DNA of 64,000 nt from Phaeosaccion multiseriatum. Lineage: Eukaryota > Protista > Ochrophyta, other classes. Positions 1 through 12,519 of the stretch are shown here, piece by piece. The DNA lies in the NCBI GenBank assembly GCA_965112735.1, contig OZ218950.1, positions 5,084,001-5,148,000 on the forward strand. The letters run 5' to 3'. Position 1 is the first letter of the stretch. Every line of letters begins with the position of its first letter. The notes under the pieces are model-generated. The model was not told the DNA's origin. It worked only from the letters and a program-made list of their open reading frames with translations, and made no database searches. The position numbers and the translations under genes were made by a program.

Positions 1-1787
1 GAGGGCGCCGCGTACTCACACAATACACTGACGAACACGAGAAAGAGAACGATGAAGATGACGAAGACGAAGAAGCAAAGCGAGTCTGGGAAGTAGGCCA
101 CAAGGGTGAGTGCAGCAGCTTGCTCCGAAGAGAGCGTGGATAGAGCACTGCTTACTTCGCTTCCCCCTCCTCTTCCTACTGTGACAGAGCTCCCGCCCAC
201 GTTCCATACGCACATCCGCCCGGAGATCCCCGTTGACGACGAGGAAGACCAGGACATACCCGCTCTCAACTCTGTGACTTTGGTCGGTCGAGTGGGGCAA
301 AAGCCAGAGCTAAAGCACACGAAAAATGGAAAGAGTGTGCTGAACCTCAGCCTTGCTGTCACAAGAGAGTACCATCCTCTCGAGGTGAGTGAACTTGGAA
401 TCTTCTCTAATCACCGCCAAACCGGCCATGCTTCCTTCCTCCTGCCTTCCCTCTCTAGCCCCTGCCTGGCACTCTACAAGGCAATGCCCGCCTTCGCCAA
501 CCGCCACCCCCCCCCCCGCCTCATGATGCCTACCTGCCGCAGCGCCAGGCCCGCGGCATTGCATACGGACAGGAAGAGACGGACTGGTTCAAGCTGGTGC
601 TGTGGGAGAGGGAGGCGGAGTACGCCAGCAGAGTGGTCGACAAGGGCATGCGCGTCGGCGCGCAGGTCAGCAGCCATAGAGCAAGCAAAGAAGAGCACCC
701 CCCCCCCCCCCCCCTCGCCCCACAAAGCTGACACCTGTGCATGGCTCCTCCTTCCCTCCCTCCCTCCTCCCCCGCACACACTCACTGCCTCCACTGCGTG
801 ATTGCCTGCCTGTCGCAGGGGTACCTCTCGGCCCCCATCTGGACGGACAGGGACGGCAACCAGCGACACACCCATGAGGTAGGTGGTGCACACGCCGCGC
901 TGCTTGAGTGCGGAAAGATGCCATGTATGCATGCTCTTCCTTGGAGAAGAAACCGTCAGACCGTCCCTCTCATGTCCTCCCGGCTGCTGCGCTGCTTGTC
1001 CCCTCCTTGCTTCCCCTCCCCTCCTCGTCGTCTGCTTTGCTTTGCACAGATTGTGGTGAGGAAGCTGACTGTGCTGGAGTCGCGGGGCGAGGTGGAAGCC
1101 CGCCAGGAGAGCACGTGGATGGCCCAGCGCGATCGACAGCCCACTTCAAAGGGCAGCAACGAATCAGGCAGCGCCACAGCACAGACAAGAGCGGTACCTG
1201 CTGCCGCCCCAGAGCCTGCAGCCACCTCTAGCACATCCCCAATGCGGAAACCTGCGGTAGCCCCTATGATAGAGGCAGATCGCGGAGGAGGGAAGACCGG
1301 GGGAGGGGGAGGAAAGGGGGCAAATGCGTCTACTACGTCTTCATCCGCCAGCGGCGGCGGTGGCAGCAGCAGCAGCAGCAGCAGTAGCAGCGGGAGCGGC
1401 GCTGGTCATGGTAAAGAAGACGCATCGGAGGAGGGGGGCGAAGGCAGCCTTGACTGGTGGGCAGATATGGATGCCGAATCGGAGCTGGCCTCTGCAGGGC
1501 AAAGCTTCGGTGTAGTAGGGGGAGAGCTGCAGATCCCAGGGGTGCAGAAGGGAGTCGCCGGAATCGGAGGAACGGGCGTGAAAAAGGAGCCTGCTGGTGA
1601 TGCCAGTGCGAAGGGTGCCAAGAAGAGCAAGAGCGGTGGAGGAGAGAAGAAGCAAGAGCGCGAAGTCGCTGCTGCTGCTACTGCTGCTGCTGCCGCTGTA
1701 GACGAGGAGCTGGGCAAGGGGAAGGAGGAGGAGGAGGAGGAGGAGGAGGAGGAGGAGGTGTCGTCTTTCTTCGACGAGTTCTTGTGA
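1..1787 (+). CDS. ssb: Organellar (bacterial-type) single-stranded DNA-binding protein, 5'-partial, multi-exon
   Basis: The spliced product contains LNSVTLVGRVGQKPELKHTKNGKSVLNLSLAVTR, EETDWFKLVLWEREAEYASRVVDKGMRVGAQ and GYLSAPIWTDRDGNQRHTHEIVV, which form the SSB OB fold. It has a long G/S/E-rich tail ending SSFFDEFL*. GT-AG introns at about 106-188, 385-572, 666-818 and 879-1049. The first exon runs off the window. Confidence 0.88.
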
Positions 1788-3435
1788 TTCCGTGGTCGGT
1801 GAGGATGTCTTTCCGTCCATCATGATGGTCTTGCAAGTGATACAGAGGGGAGGAGGGGCACGAAGGTGCTTGGAATGGCGAGCGAGGCAGAGCAGCGACT
1901 TTGGCCTGGCGTGCCACGCACCCCAGCAAAGGGCCCCCTCTCATCTTGTCCTCCCCTCTTCTCTAGCTCTACAGGAGGAGTCAGTAGCGTGCCCTGCATA
2001 CCCTTGAGACGCGAGCAGCGCATGCAACGGAGCAGGCGAGGCAATGCCAGGCAAGGGAATGGCGACGCATGACAAGGCAAGGCGAGGCAAGGCGAGGGCG
2101 AGGGGGGCGCTTCCCTCGGACCCTCTCACACACACCTCCCTTCCAGTCAAGTGAGGCCTATGCTGAGGGACAGGCGAGTGCTTAGTCTTCTCTACTTGGT
2201 CTTCCACTGGACTGAGCTGTTGCGGCAGCAGGCTGGAGGCCGCAAGCTCTCCTTTCCTGGCTTGAGGCACGAAGCGAGCTGTACAGTGTCTTGGCTACTT
2301 ACTTAAGGGCTAGAGAGGCGTCTCATCTCGCTCGACTCGCCTACCGCTCTCTCATCGATTGCTCGCCGTGGGGGGTGGGGGACAGAGCTGGGGCTGGGGA
2401 TGCGGCTGCGGCCTTTGTTTTGTCGTGCCTCAGCTGCCCCGGAGACAGGGGTGTAGGGAGGCAGCGAGGAAGGGAGGAAGGGAGGAAGGGAGGGAGGGAG
2501 GGAGGGAGGGAGGGGGGCAAAGAGGACACAGCGACTCCGGCGGGGCTCCGATAGCGTACGGGGGTCTGGGCCGAGTGCGGCGCTACCTCACCCTCCAGCG
2601 ATGGCCACACAGGCAAAGGAGAGGGGAGGCACTGGGTGACGCATCGAGTGGACGGGACGGAGGGCGGCCCGAGCTTGTCGGACTGGGGAGACTGGCCTGC
2701 TTGTGAGTGCCCGAGCTTGTCGGAGTGGAGAGATAGGCGTGCTTCTGACTTCTCCATCTGCGGTGCATGGACAGGGGCTGGGGCTGAAGCGTATCAGAGC
2801 TCAGCAGCAGGTGTCGTAAACCCGGCTGCAGAACGCACACCCCCGTACGCATGGTGAGCGCAGCTCTGCTCTGCTGACGACAAATGGTGCCTGGCGACCG
2901 ACCGGCGGGAAGCGCTGGGGTGCTGCCACCACAGAAGCTCTCAGTCACTCAGTGGCCGTCTTGCTCGAGCTTCGGCATTTGCTGCTTTCGCCAAGGGGAG
3001 TGCTGCAGAGCGAGGGGTCTATGCAACCATGTAGACTCTGAGGAAGAGGCAAGCGACCTTGATGTGGATGGAGCGCGATTGCACTCTTTTGGACCAAAAG
3101 CATACGATACACACACACAATGGGTGGACGTTACCGTAACCGTATTCGTCTGTATATTGAGAGTGTACAATGGAGCACAGTGAAACAAACGTCTGTTTCC
3201 TTCCCCTTGCTTCTGCGAGACGCTTGACACGATGCAATGCACTTTGTCCGCCAAACCGCGTATCGCGGAGGTAATGCTGAATGCTGCTTGCTGGTTGCTG
3301 CTGCTGCTGATGATGATGATGCTGCACTGCATTGACTGACTGACTGACTGACTGACTGACTTGCTTCAATGCTCCAATTACCCTCCTCTACACGACTGCC
3401 TGACAGCTTGATGCCTCAATGCCGCAGTGCGTTAA

Positions 3436-6400
3436 TCAATTGAGCTCCCACGTGAGATTCACCACCCTCGCCCTGTGATCCTCCTCCTCCTTGCTGCGCT
3501 GCCGCACCAGCTTGGAAACCGAGTGACTGTCCCCCGGTGGCCCGCGCAGGCCTGCAAAGTACTGCACCTGTCGCTTGGGGTTTGTGCCACTCTCTCGTGT
3601 GGTCTGCGTGCCCTTGAGGTGGGGCAGATACACTTGGCTCTCCGTCTCCCGGCGGAAGTTGGAGGCGTCGGTCTGCTGCCCCGTGGTGACACACTTGCGC
3701 ACGTTGGCCATCTGTGAGTTAGTGGATGGAGTACGAGGTAGCAGCAAGTGGGAGGAAAGCCGCAGTGAGCGTAGTAGTGAGAAAGAAGAACTGGTAACTG
3801 GTGTGGTGGTGCACAGACATGGCAAGCGTGTGTACGACTGTGACACACCACACCCGTGCATGCACTGTTCTCTCTCCCCTGGCGCACAGGTGAAAGTAAC
3901 CGAAAAAGACTCTTGTGAAAGGATGATGTGACGGCGGGGGGGCTTTTGTGTCTCCACTCCCCGCTCAACACACGCACACAGCCGTCCGCACACAGCCGTC
4001 CGCACACACGCACACACGCGTGCACGCACGCAAGCACCCACAGACTGATAAACACCCACACATAGACACAAAACACACACGCGCACGCACGCACGCACGC
4101 ACGCACGCACCCACACACACACACACGCACGCACGCACCTGCAACGCCTTTCTCCTGAGGGCCCACTCATTCCAGTGGTAGTTGGGATCGATGCGGCGCT
4201 CCTCGAAGTGCGTGGGCGTGCCCGTGGATGCGTCCTTCTTCTCGGCGGAGGCCGTGGCGAGCCCTCTCCTAACGTTGGGAAGCTCCCTTTTGCCTCTCAG
4301 CATGCGAGAGATGGAGGCGTTAGGGAAGGCGTCTTGGATGCGAAGAAGGTGGATCAGCTCGGGGCTGTGCATGGCCCGCTCGTACACTTGCTCCACGAAG
4401 CGCTGCGGGGCAGCCATGAAGGCATCGAGCGCCACCTGCAGAGAGAGAGAGAGAGAGAGACAGGGAGAGTTGAGTGTGTCAGGACACAGAGAGAGAGGAA
4501 GTAGAGAGTGTCAGGACAGAGAGAGTAGGACACACACGGAGAGAGAGAGGGAGTAGGGAGTGTCAGGACGGAGGGCACTGGGACAGAGAGAGAGTTTCGG
4601 GACAGAGAGACGGTATAGTGTGTCAGAAGAGACACAGAGAGTGTGTCAGGACGCACCTGGTGGGCCAATACGTAGTACTTGTTCTTGAAGCGGATCACGC
4701 CGAGCTCGGGCCTGCCGGGCAGCAGCAGCCCCCTTCGCTTCACGATGGTCCAGCAACAGAAGCCCTGTGTGTGTGTGTGTATGTGTGTGTGTGTGTGCGT
4801 GCGTGCGTGCGTGTGTGAGTGCGCGCGCATCGTGCATGGGTGTGTGGGTGTGTGGGTGTGTTGGTGTGTGGTGTGTGGGTGTGTGGGTGTGCGTCGTGTG
4901 TGTGTGTGTATGTGGGTGTCCAGGGGGGGCAAGGGAAGACGCTCAACAAGTAGCAGAAGGATCCTAAGCTCCCGCGGCAGAGCACGAAAGAGACTTGGCA
5001 ATCGCCGATGTAGAAATGGCCAACAGCCTCCCCTCACCCCCTCCCTCCCTCCCTCCCTCCCTCCCTCCCTCCCTCCCTCCCTCCCTTCCTCACCTCCTCC
5101 TCCCCTCACTTCCCTCCCCCCCTCACCCCCGCACCTGATACTCCAGCGGCAGTTGCATGAACTCCGGCGTAGAGCTGATGGTAAGCTTCACAGGTTTCCC
5201 CTCCGTCCCGTCTTCCCAATTTCCACCTCCGTCGAGGGCAACGTTCTCAAACGCACCCCCCCCACCCCCCCCTCCCCCCTCTGCCTCGTCCTCCCCAGCG
5301 TTCACGCCAGCGCCACTTCGAGTAGCCGTGCCGCCTGGCTCGTCAACCTCCGGCCGCTCCTGATCAGTGCCGTCTCCAGGCCCAGCCCCGTCTGCTTCTC
5401 CTCCTGTTCGTCTTCCTCCTCCTCGTCCTCCTCGTCCTCCCCCCCCTCCTTCTCCTCCTCGTCCTCCTCCTCCTCCTCCTCCTCCTCCTCCTCCTCCTCC
5501 TCCTCCTCCTCCTCCTCCTCCTCCTCCTCCTTGCCCTTGTCCCTCTCCTTGCCCGTCCTCCCACCCACCCCCTCCTTCCCCTCCCTCGCCCCCATCCCCT
5601 GCTCCTCCTCCTCCTCCTCCTCCTCCTCCTCCTCCTCCTCCTCCGCCTCCTCCTCCTCGTCCTCCTCGTCCTCCTCGTCCTCCTCCTCCTCCTGCCCCTC
5701 CCTCAGCTGCCCCAGCCCCCCCCCTCTGACCGGATGTGTCTGCAGTTGCCCCGTCTCCGCCTGTCCATTGCAACCAACACACGAGAATCGCTGACATAAG
5801 TATTTTACTAGTTACTTTGGGCTCTTACGCGAAGCGAACCGACACAAAGCCGAACCCTTCCCGCCCAGAGTCCCAGAAGCGCACACACACACGCAACACA
5901 CAACGTACCGCCAACGCCTCTTGCGCTCGCTTGCCTCACGCCCGCCTGAACGTTGTCCACTGTAGCGCCTGTGCTGCCCACGGGGAGCGGCATAGACGCA
6001 ACCGTTACAGCCGCCGACGCCACCTGAGAGAGAAAGGGAGGGAGAAAGAGAGGGGGAGCGAAGGAGAGGCGAAGAGAGAGAGAGAGAGAGAGAAGCAATG
6101 ATGAGATTCCGCGCAGCCCTCCCTCTGTGCGTATCTGTCGTCGCTTCCCGCCCCAACACTCCATTTGTGCATGTCTATCAAAAGCCCCCCTCACGCACCA
6201 ATGCCTCCTCATCAAGGGCCTCGCTACTCGTGTTCCTGGCAGCCTGCACCACCTCCAAATCATCCGTCAGCGTCTCTGTGTAAGAGCGCTTGAACGTCAT
6301 CAGCAGCTCGAGTGTTCGAGCTCGCGCCTGGAGGAGAGGAGAGAGAGCAGAACAGATTAGAGCAAACGGAGGGGCGAGAGAGGGGGACAGTCAATTCGAA

Positions 6401-8900
6401 AGGCCACCGTCGTCGATGTATACCGCTAAAAGCTCTTCGCATGTGGTAGGGGAAGAGATACGGGACTCCCCTCACCATCCCTCCCTCCCTCCCTCCCTCC
6501 TTTCCTCCTTCCCTCCTTCTCGCCGCACCCTGCTCCTCCGATACAGCCCCTCCAATATCCTAGCCGTATCCTATGCTACCCTACCGTACCCTACCCCTGC
6601 CCTAGCCTACTCTACCCTACTCTACCCTACCCTACCCTACCGTACCCCACCCTGCCCTACCGTACCCTACCCTACCGTACCCTACTCTACCCTACCCTAC
6701 TCTACCCTACCCTACCCTACCCTACCCTACCCTACCCTACCCTACTCTACCCTACCCTACCCTACCCTACTCTACCCTACCCTACCCTACTCTACCCTAC
6801 CCTACCCTACCCTACCCTACCCTACCCTACCCCTCTCTACTCTACCCTACCCTACCCCACCCTGCCCTACCCTACCCTACCCTACCCTACCGTACCCTAC
6901 CCTACCCTACCCTACCCCTCACGTGTCCCTACCTGTGCACTCTTGAGCTCCTTGAGTAGCGCCTGCCAGTGGATGGCAATGGCGTCAAACTTTGGGTACA
7001 CCTGCTCCTTAGGCACCGACGCGTTACTCCCCACGAGGTGCTGTAAGTCAAGGATTTCCATCCTAAGCCTGTCGCGTAAGGCCACCACCTTCTTCTCCGC
7101 CACCGCCACGTCCTCCTGCCAGGCACACATGGGCAAAGAGGAGAACAAGGAGCAGGGGGGGGGAAAGCGGCGGTTACGGTGGTGAGGGGTGAGCAGTCGG
7201 TTCAGGACCACTTGTACTTTGGCTTGGTGCAATCTATTGCAACACCAGTCGGCAAGGATTCTTGACTCCTTTGGGGCCTTTTACCTGAATGCTCTGTAGG
7301 TACGACAGAAACTGGCGGCGGTTGGCGAGCTCGTCCTTCCAGCGATCAAGCATGTCGGATGTCACGCCCTCGGGCCGCCTTCGGACGGACAAGAGAGACC
7401 AGATACAAAACGGTGCCAAAGCGCAAAAGTCATGGACAAGGGTGGGTTGGTGGGGTGAGTGGGTGGACAGATCGGGAACGCTTCCCTTCAGAGACTCTAT
7501 TCGTATGGCCATTTGTTATGATGGGGAGCTTGCTTCTGAAACCCCAACTTCCATGCTCCCTTCTCTCTCTCTGACTCGACTGCAGAGCTTCGCTTACTTC
7601 TTGTGAAAGCGAGATTTACTCCGTGTTGCCTGTCCCGATGCGAAACGAAGCGCATCCTCCTCCTCTTCCAAAGTCTTCTGACCCTCGTGTGTATGGCCTG
7701 TCCCCCCCCTCTCACCCACCTTCCCACCCATCCACCCATTGACAGAATACACCCACCCATTGACATCTCACACCCATCCACCCACCTGAGGTTGACGTGC
7801 ACGATGGTTTCTTGCTGCGTGGTGCACGCTGCCTGCAAGTCCTCCACCTCGTGGTCGAGCACCTTGTCTAGGTCCTCCAGCTGCATGGTCACCTGAGTCA
7901 AGGGAGAAAGATGGCACAAGATGGAGCGGGGGCTTTAGCGCTCAAAGGTCATCTTCGCCACTCCTCGCGCTCTCTCTCTATGTGCCTCGCTCGGCGGCCC
8001 GGACCCTCCTGTATCCATTCTCTGCCTCACTCCGGCACCACGTGCTCGATCTCTCCCTCACTCCCTCTCTCTCTCCCCCACGATCTTAGCCTCACCTCTT
8101 CCACGACGTCTGGCAGCCCCCCGCCACCCTTGCCGATGCTCTTGTTGAAGAGGCGGATACCCAGCACAATAGAGGCAAGCTCCTCCAGCTGGGGGTACTT
8201 CTCCTCGGCCCTGAGGTTTATGAAAGCCTGGACATCGACGACGACGACGAGGAGGAGTAAGACGAATAGGTGGAGGTCGGCAGGTATCGGAAGAGGATTG
8301 GTAGACATGGTGTCCCCTCGAGGTCAACGAAACAGAGAATAATAGCCTTGGCCCACTCACCTTCAGACTGATTCTGGGGAAGACGCTCTCCAAAGCTGCT
8401 GCCACCTCTCTCTCTACAGTGCGATCTACTCCAGAGGAGCTGTCGTGCGCGTGCTTCAAAAGGAAGTTAAAAATCTGTCTGTGCAGCGCCGTAAGCGTGT
8501 CGAAATCTGACCCATCTCTGGGTTTCATCCTAACAATAGTCCTCTGCAAGGCCTGTAGCCGGGTCGTTCGCTTCTGCTGCGCATCCTCCAGCTTCTCCTC
8601 TTCTAGAATGTATGACGAGTCGAATGCGACTTGCATTTTAATCGTCTCTGTTGAAGGCGAGTCTGCCAGGAGCAGCCGGTCCACCGACCGATCAATGAGT
8701 TCGTTGATGTCATCCGGGCTGAGACGCTTGTCCAGCTGGAAAGTGGGCACCGAGCTCGCGCCGTCGCCGTGAGACCCGCTTCTAGCCGAGCTCTCGATGA
8801 CCGTGCGGGCCACGAACGCTGCAAGGACTTCCGACACTGCCACTCCGCGCACATTGCAGCGCCGCACAATCTCCCGAATCACCGACTCGATCTCGTCCAT
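3436..8900 (-). CDS. CFAP206: Cilia- and flagella-associated protein 206, multi-exon
   Basis: N-terminus MDEIESVIREIVRRCNVRGVAVSEVLAAFVARTV. Further motifs: REVAAALESVFP, QLEELASIVLGIRLFNK, ELANRRQFLSYLQ, VPKEQVYPKF, LPLEYQGFCCWTIV, PELIHLL, YHWNEWALRRKALQ and FRRETESQVYLP. These are characteristic of CFAP206/C6orf165. Confidence 0.9.
6575..6916. repeat. (CCCTA)n pentanucleotide array inside a CFAP206 intron
   Basis: About 340 bp of CCCTA with CTCTA/CCGTA variants, read directly. It is (TAGGG)n on the transcribed (-) strand. Confidence 0.95.
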
Positions 8901-9211
8901 GCTTGCTGCCGGGACCTAGCCCTGCCCAGGTGAGCGGCACAGAAAGGGAGGAAGCCAAACGAGGTTCGCCAACTTGTTCACCCTGGGCTTATCCCACTAT
9001 CCCACTCCAACCATCCTTCTTCTCGCTCTCCACTAAAACCCCTCCTCTGGACTTGGGCTGTGGACGCTGGGAACAGAAATTGGATGAAACTGAAACGGCA
9101 GCCGGAGGATGGCACTCGATAGGCATTCGTTGACTTCCGAATTATTATTTTCTTCCACTTTCTCTAAATTTGCCTCCTCGCTCCTCGCCAAGGAGGAGAG
9201 CCTCGCCCCTG

Positions 9212-11879
9212 ATGGGTACCGTCATCGCCCTCGCGCGCAACGGCTTGTGCGTGGCGAAGAGCTTTCTTCCCGGGGATTCAGCCTTGATGATACCCCGCTA
9301 CTCCCTCGATGACACCGTCCTCACACTCTCCAACGCTGTGACCAACTTCACTGGGGCCCACGCCAGGACTTGCAGCAGCTCGGGCTCCGCCCCTGAGCAG
9401 CAATTCTCCGGTTTGGATGCTGCTATCGGTATGCTGCAGCTGCTGGGTGGAATTTTGTATCTTACGAAGGCCTGGAAGGTGAGGCTGGTCTTGTTCCATG
9501 TTCTTCGGCTGATACGATTTCGCCCTCGTACTTACCCCCCCCTTGCGTACCTACTTCCGTTCTCAGATGTTTAATGCTAGTCTCCGTAAAGGGGCTGCGA
9601 TTGTACGGTGAGCATGATGTGATGGACCTATCTATTCATGACGCAAGAGAGATGAGAGACAAGAGTGCGATTTTCCTTCGTGAGACCTGAATGCTCTGCT
9701 TCTTACAGCTTTGCGACTACGCCCTGCTCTGCTGCTGTTCAGCTGGAGAAACGCCGTGGCCGAGTGGCGAGCCGCCTCAGAGGAGAAGTGGACGTTGGAG
9801 GAGCAGTTGCGGAGAGACGACGCGGCCAACAACAGGGGCCTGGTGACATGCGTCTGCCTGTGTGTCATCGGCACAGGGTAAGTGAGCGTCGCCAGAAGAG
9901 CACCCGAGTGGAGGGCGAAGGAAGAAAGGCCACTAATTTTTTGTGTGCCCTCCCTCCCTCTCTCCTCTGCCCGCCCCAGCCTCGTGTTGATGGGAATGTT
10001 CACCTACAAGCAGCTGGCGCTTCACACGCTCATATGCTGTTTATCCGGCATGCTCGGATGCCTTTTGGTGAGGGAGGGATGGAATGTCACCCCCACTCTC
10101 TGTCCATTACTGCTTGCAATGAAGCAGCAACAGCGGGGTAGCCAACTCCTGGCTTGCTTGGTCTGAAACGAACAAGCTCCTCCTCCTTGCCTGTCTGCTC
10201 ACCCCCCCTCCCACACGCCGCACAGGTTGTGATTGCGGTGGGCATGTCGGAACTGATGATGGTCTTATCGGCCTGCAAGGACCTTCAGGCAAGTAGGCGA
10301 GTGTGTGACTACGCTGCACAGGGGGGTTCGAGGGCATGAGTGAGGGCATTGTTACGTCACTGGCCGGCCCGGCGAAATGTACAAAAGTGAAGGGGACAAG
10401 ACAAGGAAAGGACATGCACTCACGCGGCACCTCCCGAGGCCCTCTCTGTGCTGTAGCTTGAGCGGCATACGCCTAGGCGTCTGTCTCACTGCCGAGGTGA
10501 AGCATGTCGGCCGCCTCATCACACCTAGCCCCTGCTGGGCTCTTCTTCTCCTCCTCCTAATCCTCCTCCTCCTCCTCCTCCTCCTCCTCCTCCTCCTCCT
10601 CCTCCTCCTCCTCCTCCTCTTCCTCTTCCTCCTCCTCCTCCTCCTCCTCCTCCTCCTCCTCCTCCCTCGTCCTTAACCTCCTCCTTAACCTCCTCCTCCT
10701 CCTCCTCCTCCTCTTCCTCTTCCTCCTCCTCCTCCTCCTCCTCCTCCTCCCCCTCCTCCTCCTCCCCCTCCTCCTCCTCCCCCTCCTCCTCCTCCTCCTC
10801 CTCCTCCTCCTCCTCCTTCCCCTCCTTCTTCCCCTCCTCCTCCTCCTCCTCCCCCTCCTCCTCCCCCTCCTCCTCCTCCTCCTCCTCCATCACATGTGCC
10901 CCAAACAGGAGAATGGTTTAACGGTCGCGTCCTTCCCCTCCACTGTTGAGCTGTGGGGTCCGCTGCTGGCCAAGGGGCGCTGGACTGTTGACACGTTCAA
11001 GCAGCCCACGGACGCAGCCATTAAGTAAGGCCTTTCCATCCAAGAAAGTACGCCTTTGCCATTCCAAGCAGAGCATCAACATCCCACCATCCCACTGCCT
11101 TCCTTTCACAACACTACACTTGGCCACACGGGGCTGGACTTGGAGGGGAAGAACATGGAGTGCCGCACTGCCGCATTGCCGCACCCCCCCCCCTGCTCAC
11201 TGTCCCCCACCCCTTCCCTCCCCTCCTGCTTCATGCTCATCCCCTCCCCTCCCGCTGCATCCCAAGGGCTGAGTTGGATAAGATTCGCAAGGTGTGGGGT
11301 GCGGCGAGGCATGCGCCACAGGGGCTCCTTGACAAGATAGTGGGGCAGCGGCGCAGGCAGAAGGCCTTCGACCTGGTGCTGCTGCTGCTAAACGTGCTGG
11401 CCCTGCTCGGCTACTTGACCATTCCCGTCACGTACTTTTGGCCCGACGAGAAGGCCTTCACCTGGTACCTGTCGTCCTACTGGCCAGGTGAGGGAGGAGG
11501 GGGCATAGGGTATAGAAGGGGTGGAGGTGTTGGCTGTACGTTGGTCTGTCTCTGGCTTGGATGGAAGCAACAATGGCGTGTATGGAGGGAGAAAGGCGAA
11601 GGGGAAGGACTGCGCCCCCACCCCCCCCATCCTCCTTCCAGTGCAAGACTCTCATCAGAATGTGCAGCCCTGTGAGTGAGCACTCACACACGTGAATCTC
11701 TTGTGTGTCTGTGTGTCTGTGTGTCTGTGTGGTCATGTGCCCTCGCCGCAGGGCACGGTCTTGCCGCCTGGTACGGCAATCTGACGGGCGATGTAGCGTG
11801 GACGGTAGAGCCGGCGCTAACCCTCTTGTCACCAGTTATTATGGGCCGGGAGGATGAGGAGGACGACGACGACGACTGA
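9212..11879 (+). CDS. Hypothetical multi-pass membrane protein, multi-exon
   Basis: Exons encode hydrophobic segments GMLQLLGGILYL, LVTCVCLCVIGTGLVLMGMFTY, AFDLVLLLLNVLALLGYLTIPVTYFW and WYGNLTGDVAWTVEPALTLLSP, with an acidic end EDEEDDDDD*. Most junctions are phase-consistent; the one near 9610-9710 is not. No family recognised. Confidence 0.6.
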
Positions 11880-12519
11880 GGAGCAGCAGGCAGCAGCAGT
11901 CAACAGGGGTCAGCGGGAGAGGAGAGCACCGTTGGGATCCTCTCGTAAGAGTTGTACAATACAGAGCCTCTCCAATAGAGGAGGAGGAGGACGAGGAGGA
12001 GGACGAGGAGGAGGAGGAGGAGGAGGAGGAGGAGGAGGAGGAGGAGGAGGAGGAGGGGAAGCGAGCAAGAGAAGTAGCACCGCTTCAGAAGGTGTGACCT
12101 TGCCGCACGCCTGGCAGGCGGTGATAGTGCTGCATGTGCCTTGTGTATCACAAGCACCGTATCCTCCTTCCCTCCCCCTTGCTCCTCTCTTGTTCTGTTC
12201 TTTTGTCCCCTTTGCTGAGCCGCCAGGACCGAGTGCGGGCGCTTTTTATCTCTTGCATTCTAGAGCTAAAACTGCAAGACGAGCTTTACTTTTTTAATTT
12301 TAAAAATGAAACAAAAAATAGACAAAATAGCAAAATAGAAAATATGTGCTCGTATGCTTTTGCATGATTGCCCAGATGGCACTCGATGGCTGGTCGGCTT
12401 CCTTCCCTCTTGTTTTTGCTTTTACGAAGCACCCAGCTAAGGGAGGGGTAGGCCTGAGCATGACTGCAGCCCAGGGATCCTATCTTCCCAGAGAGTAGTT
12501 TGCCAAACAACAAAAAGCG

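Noticed and set aside
2668-2750. Imperfect ~42-bp tandem duplication (ccgagcttgtcgga twice) in the SSB-CFAP206 spacer
   Set aside because: Only two diverged copies, with no TIR, TSD or coding support.
6575-6916. Interstitial telomere
   Set aside because: The unit is CCCTA, not the CCCTAA/CCCTAAA expected for stramenopiles. It lies within an intron and is better explained as a microsatellite.
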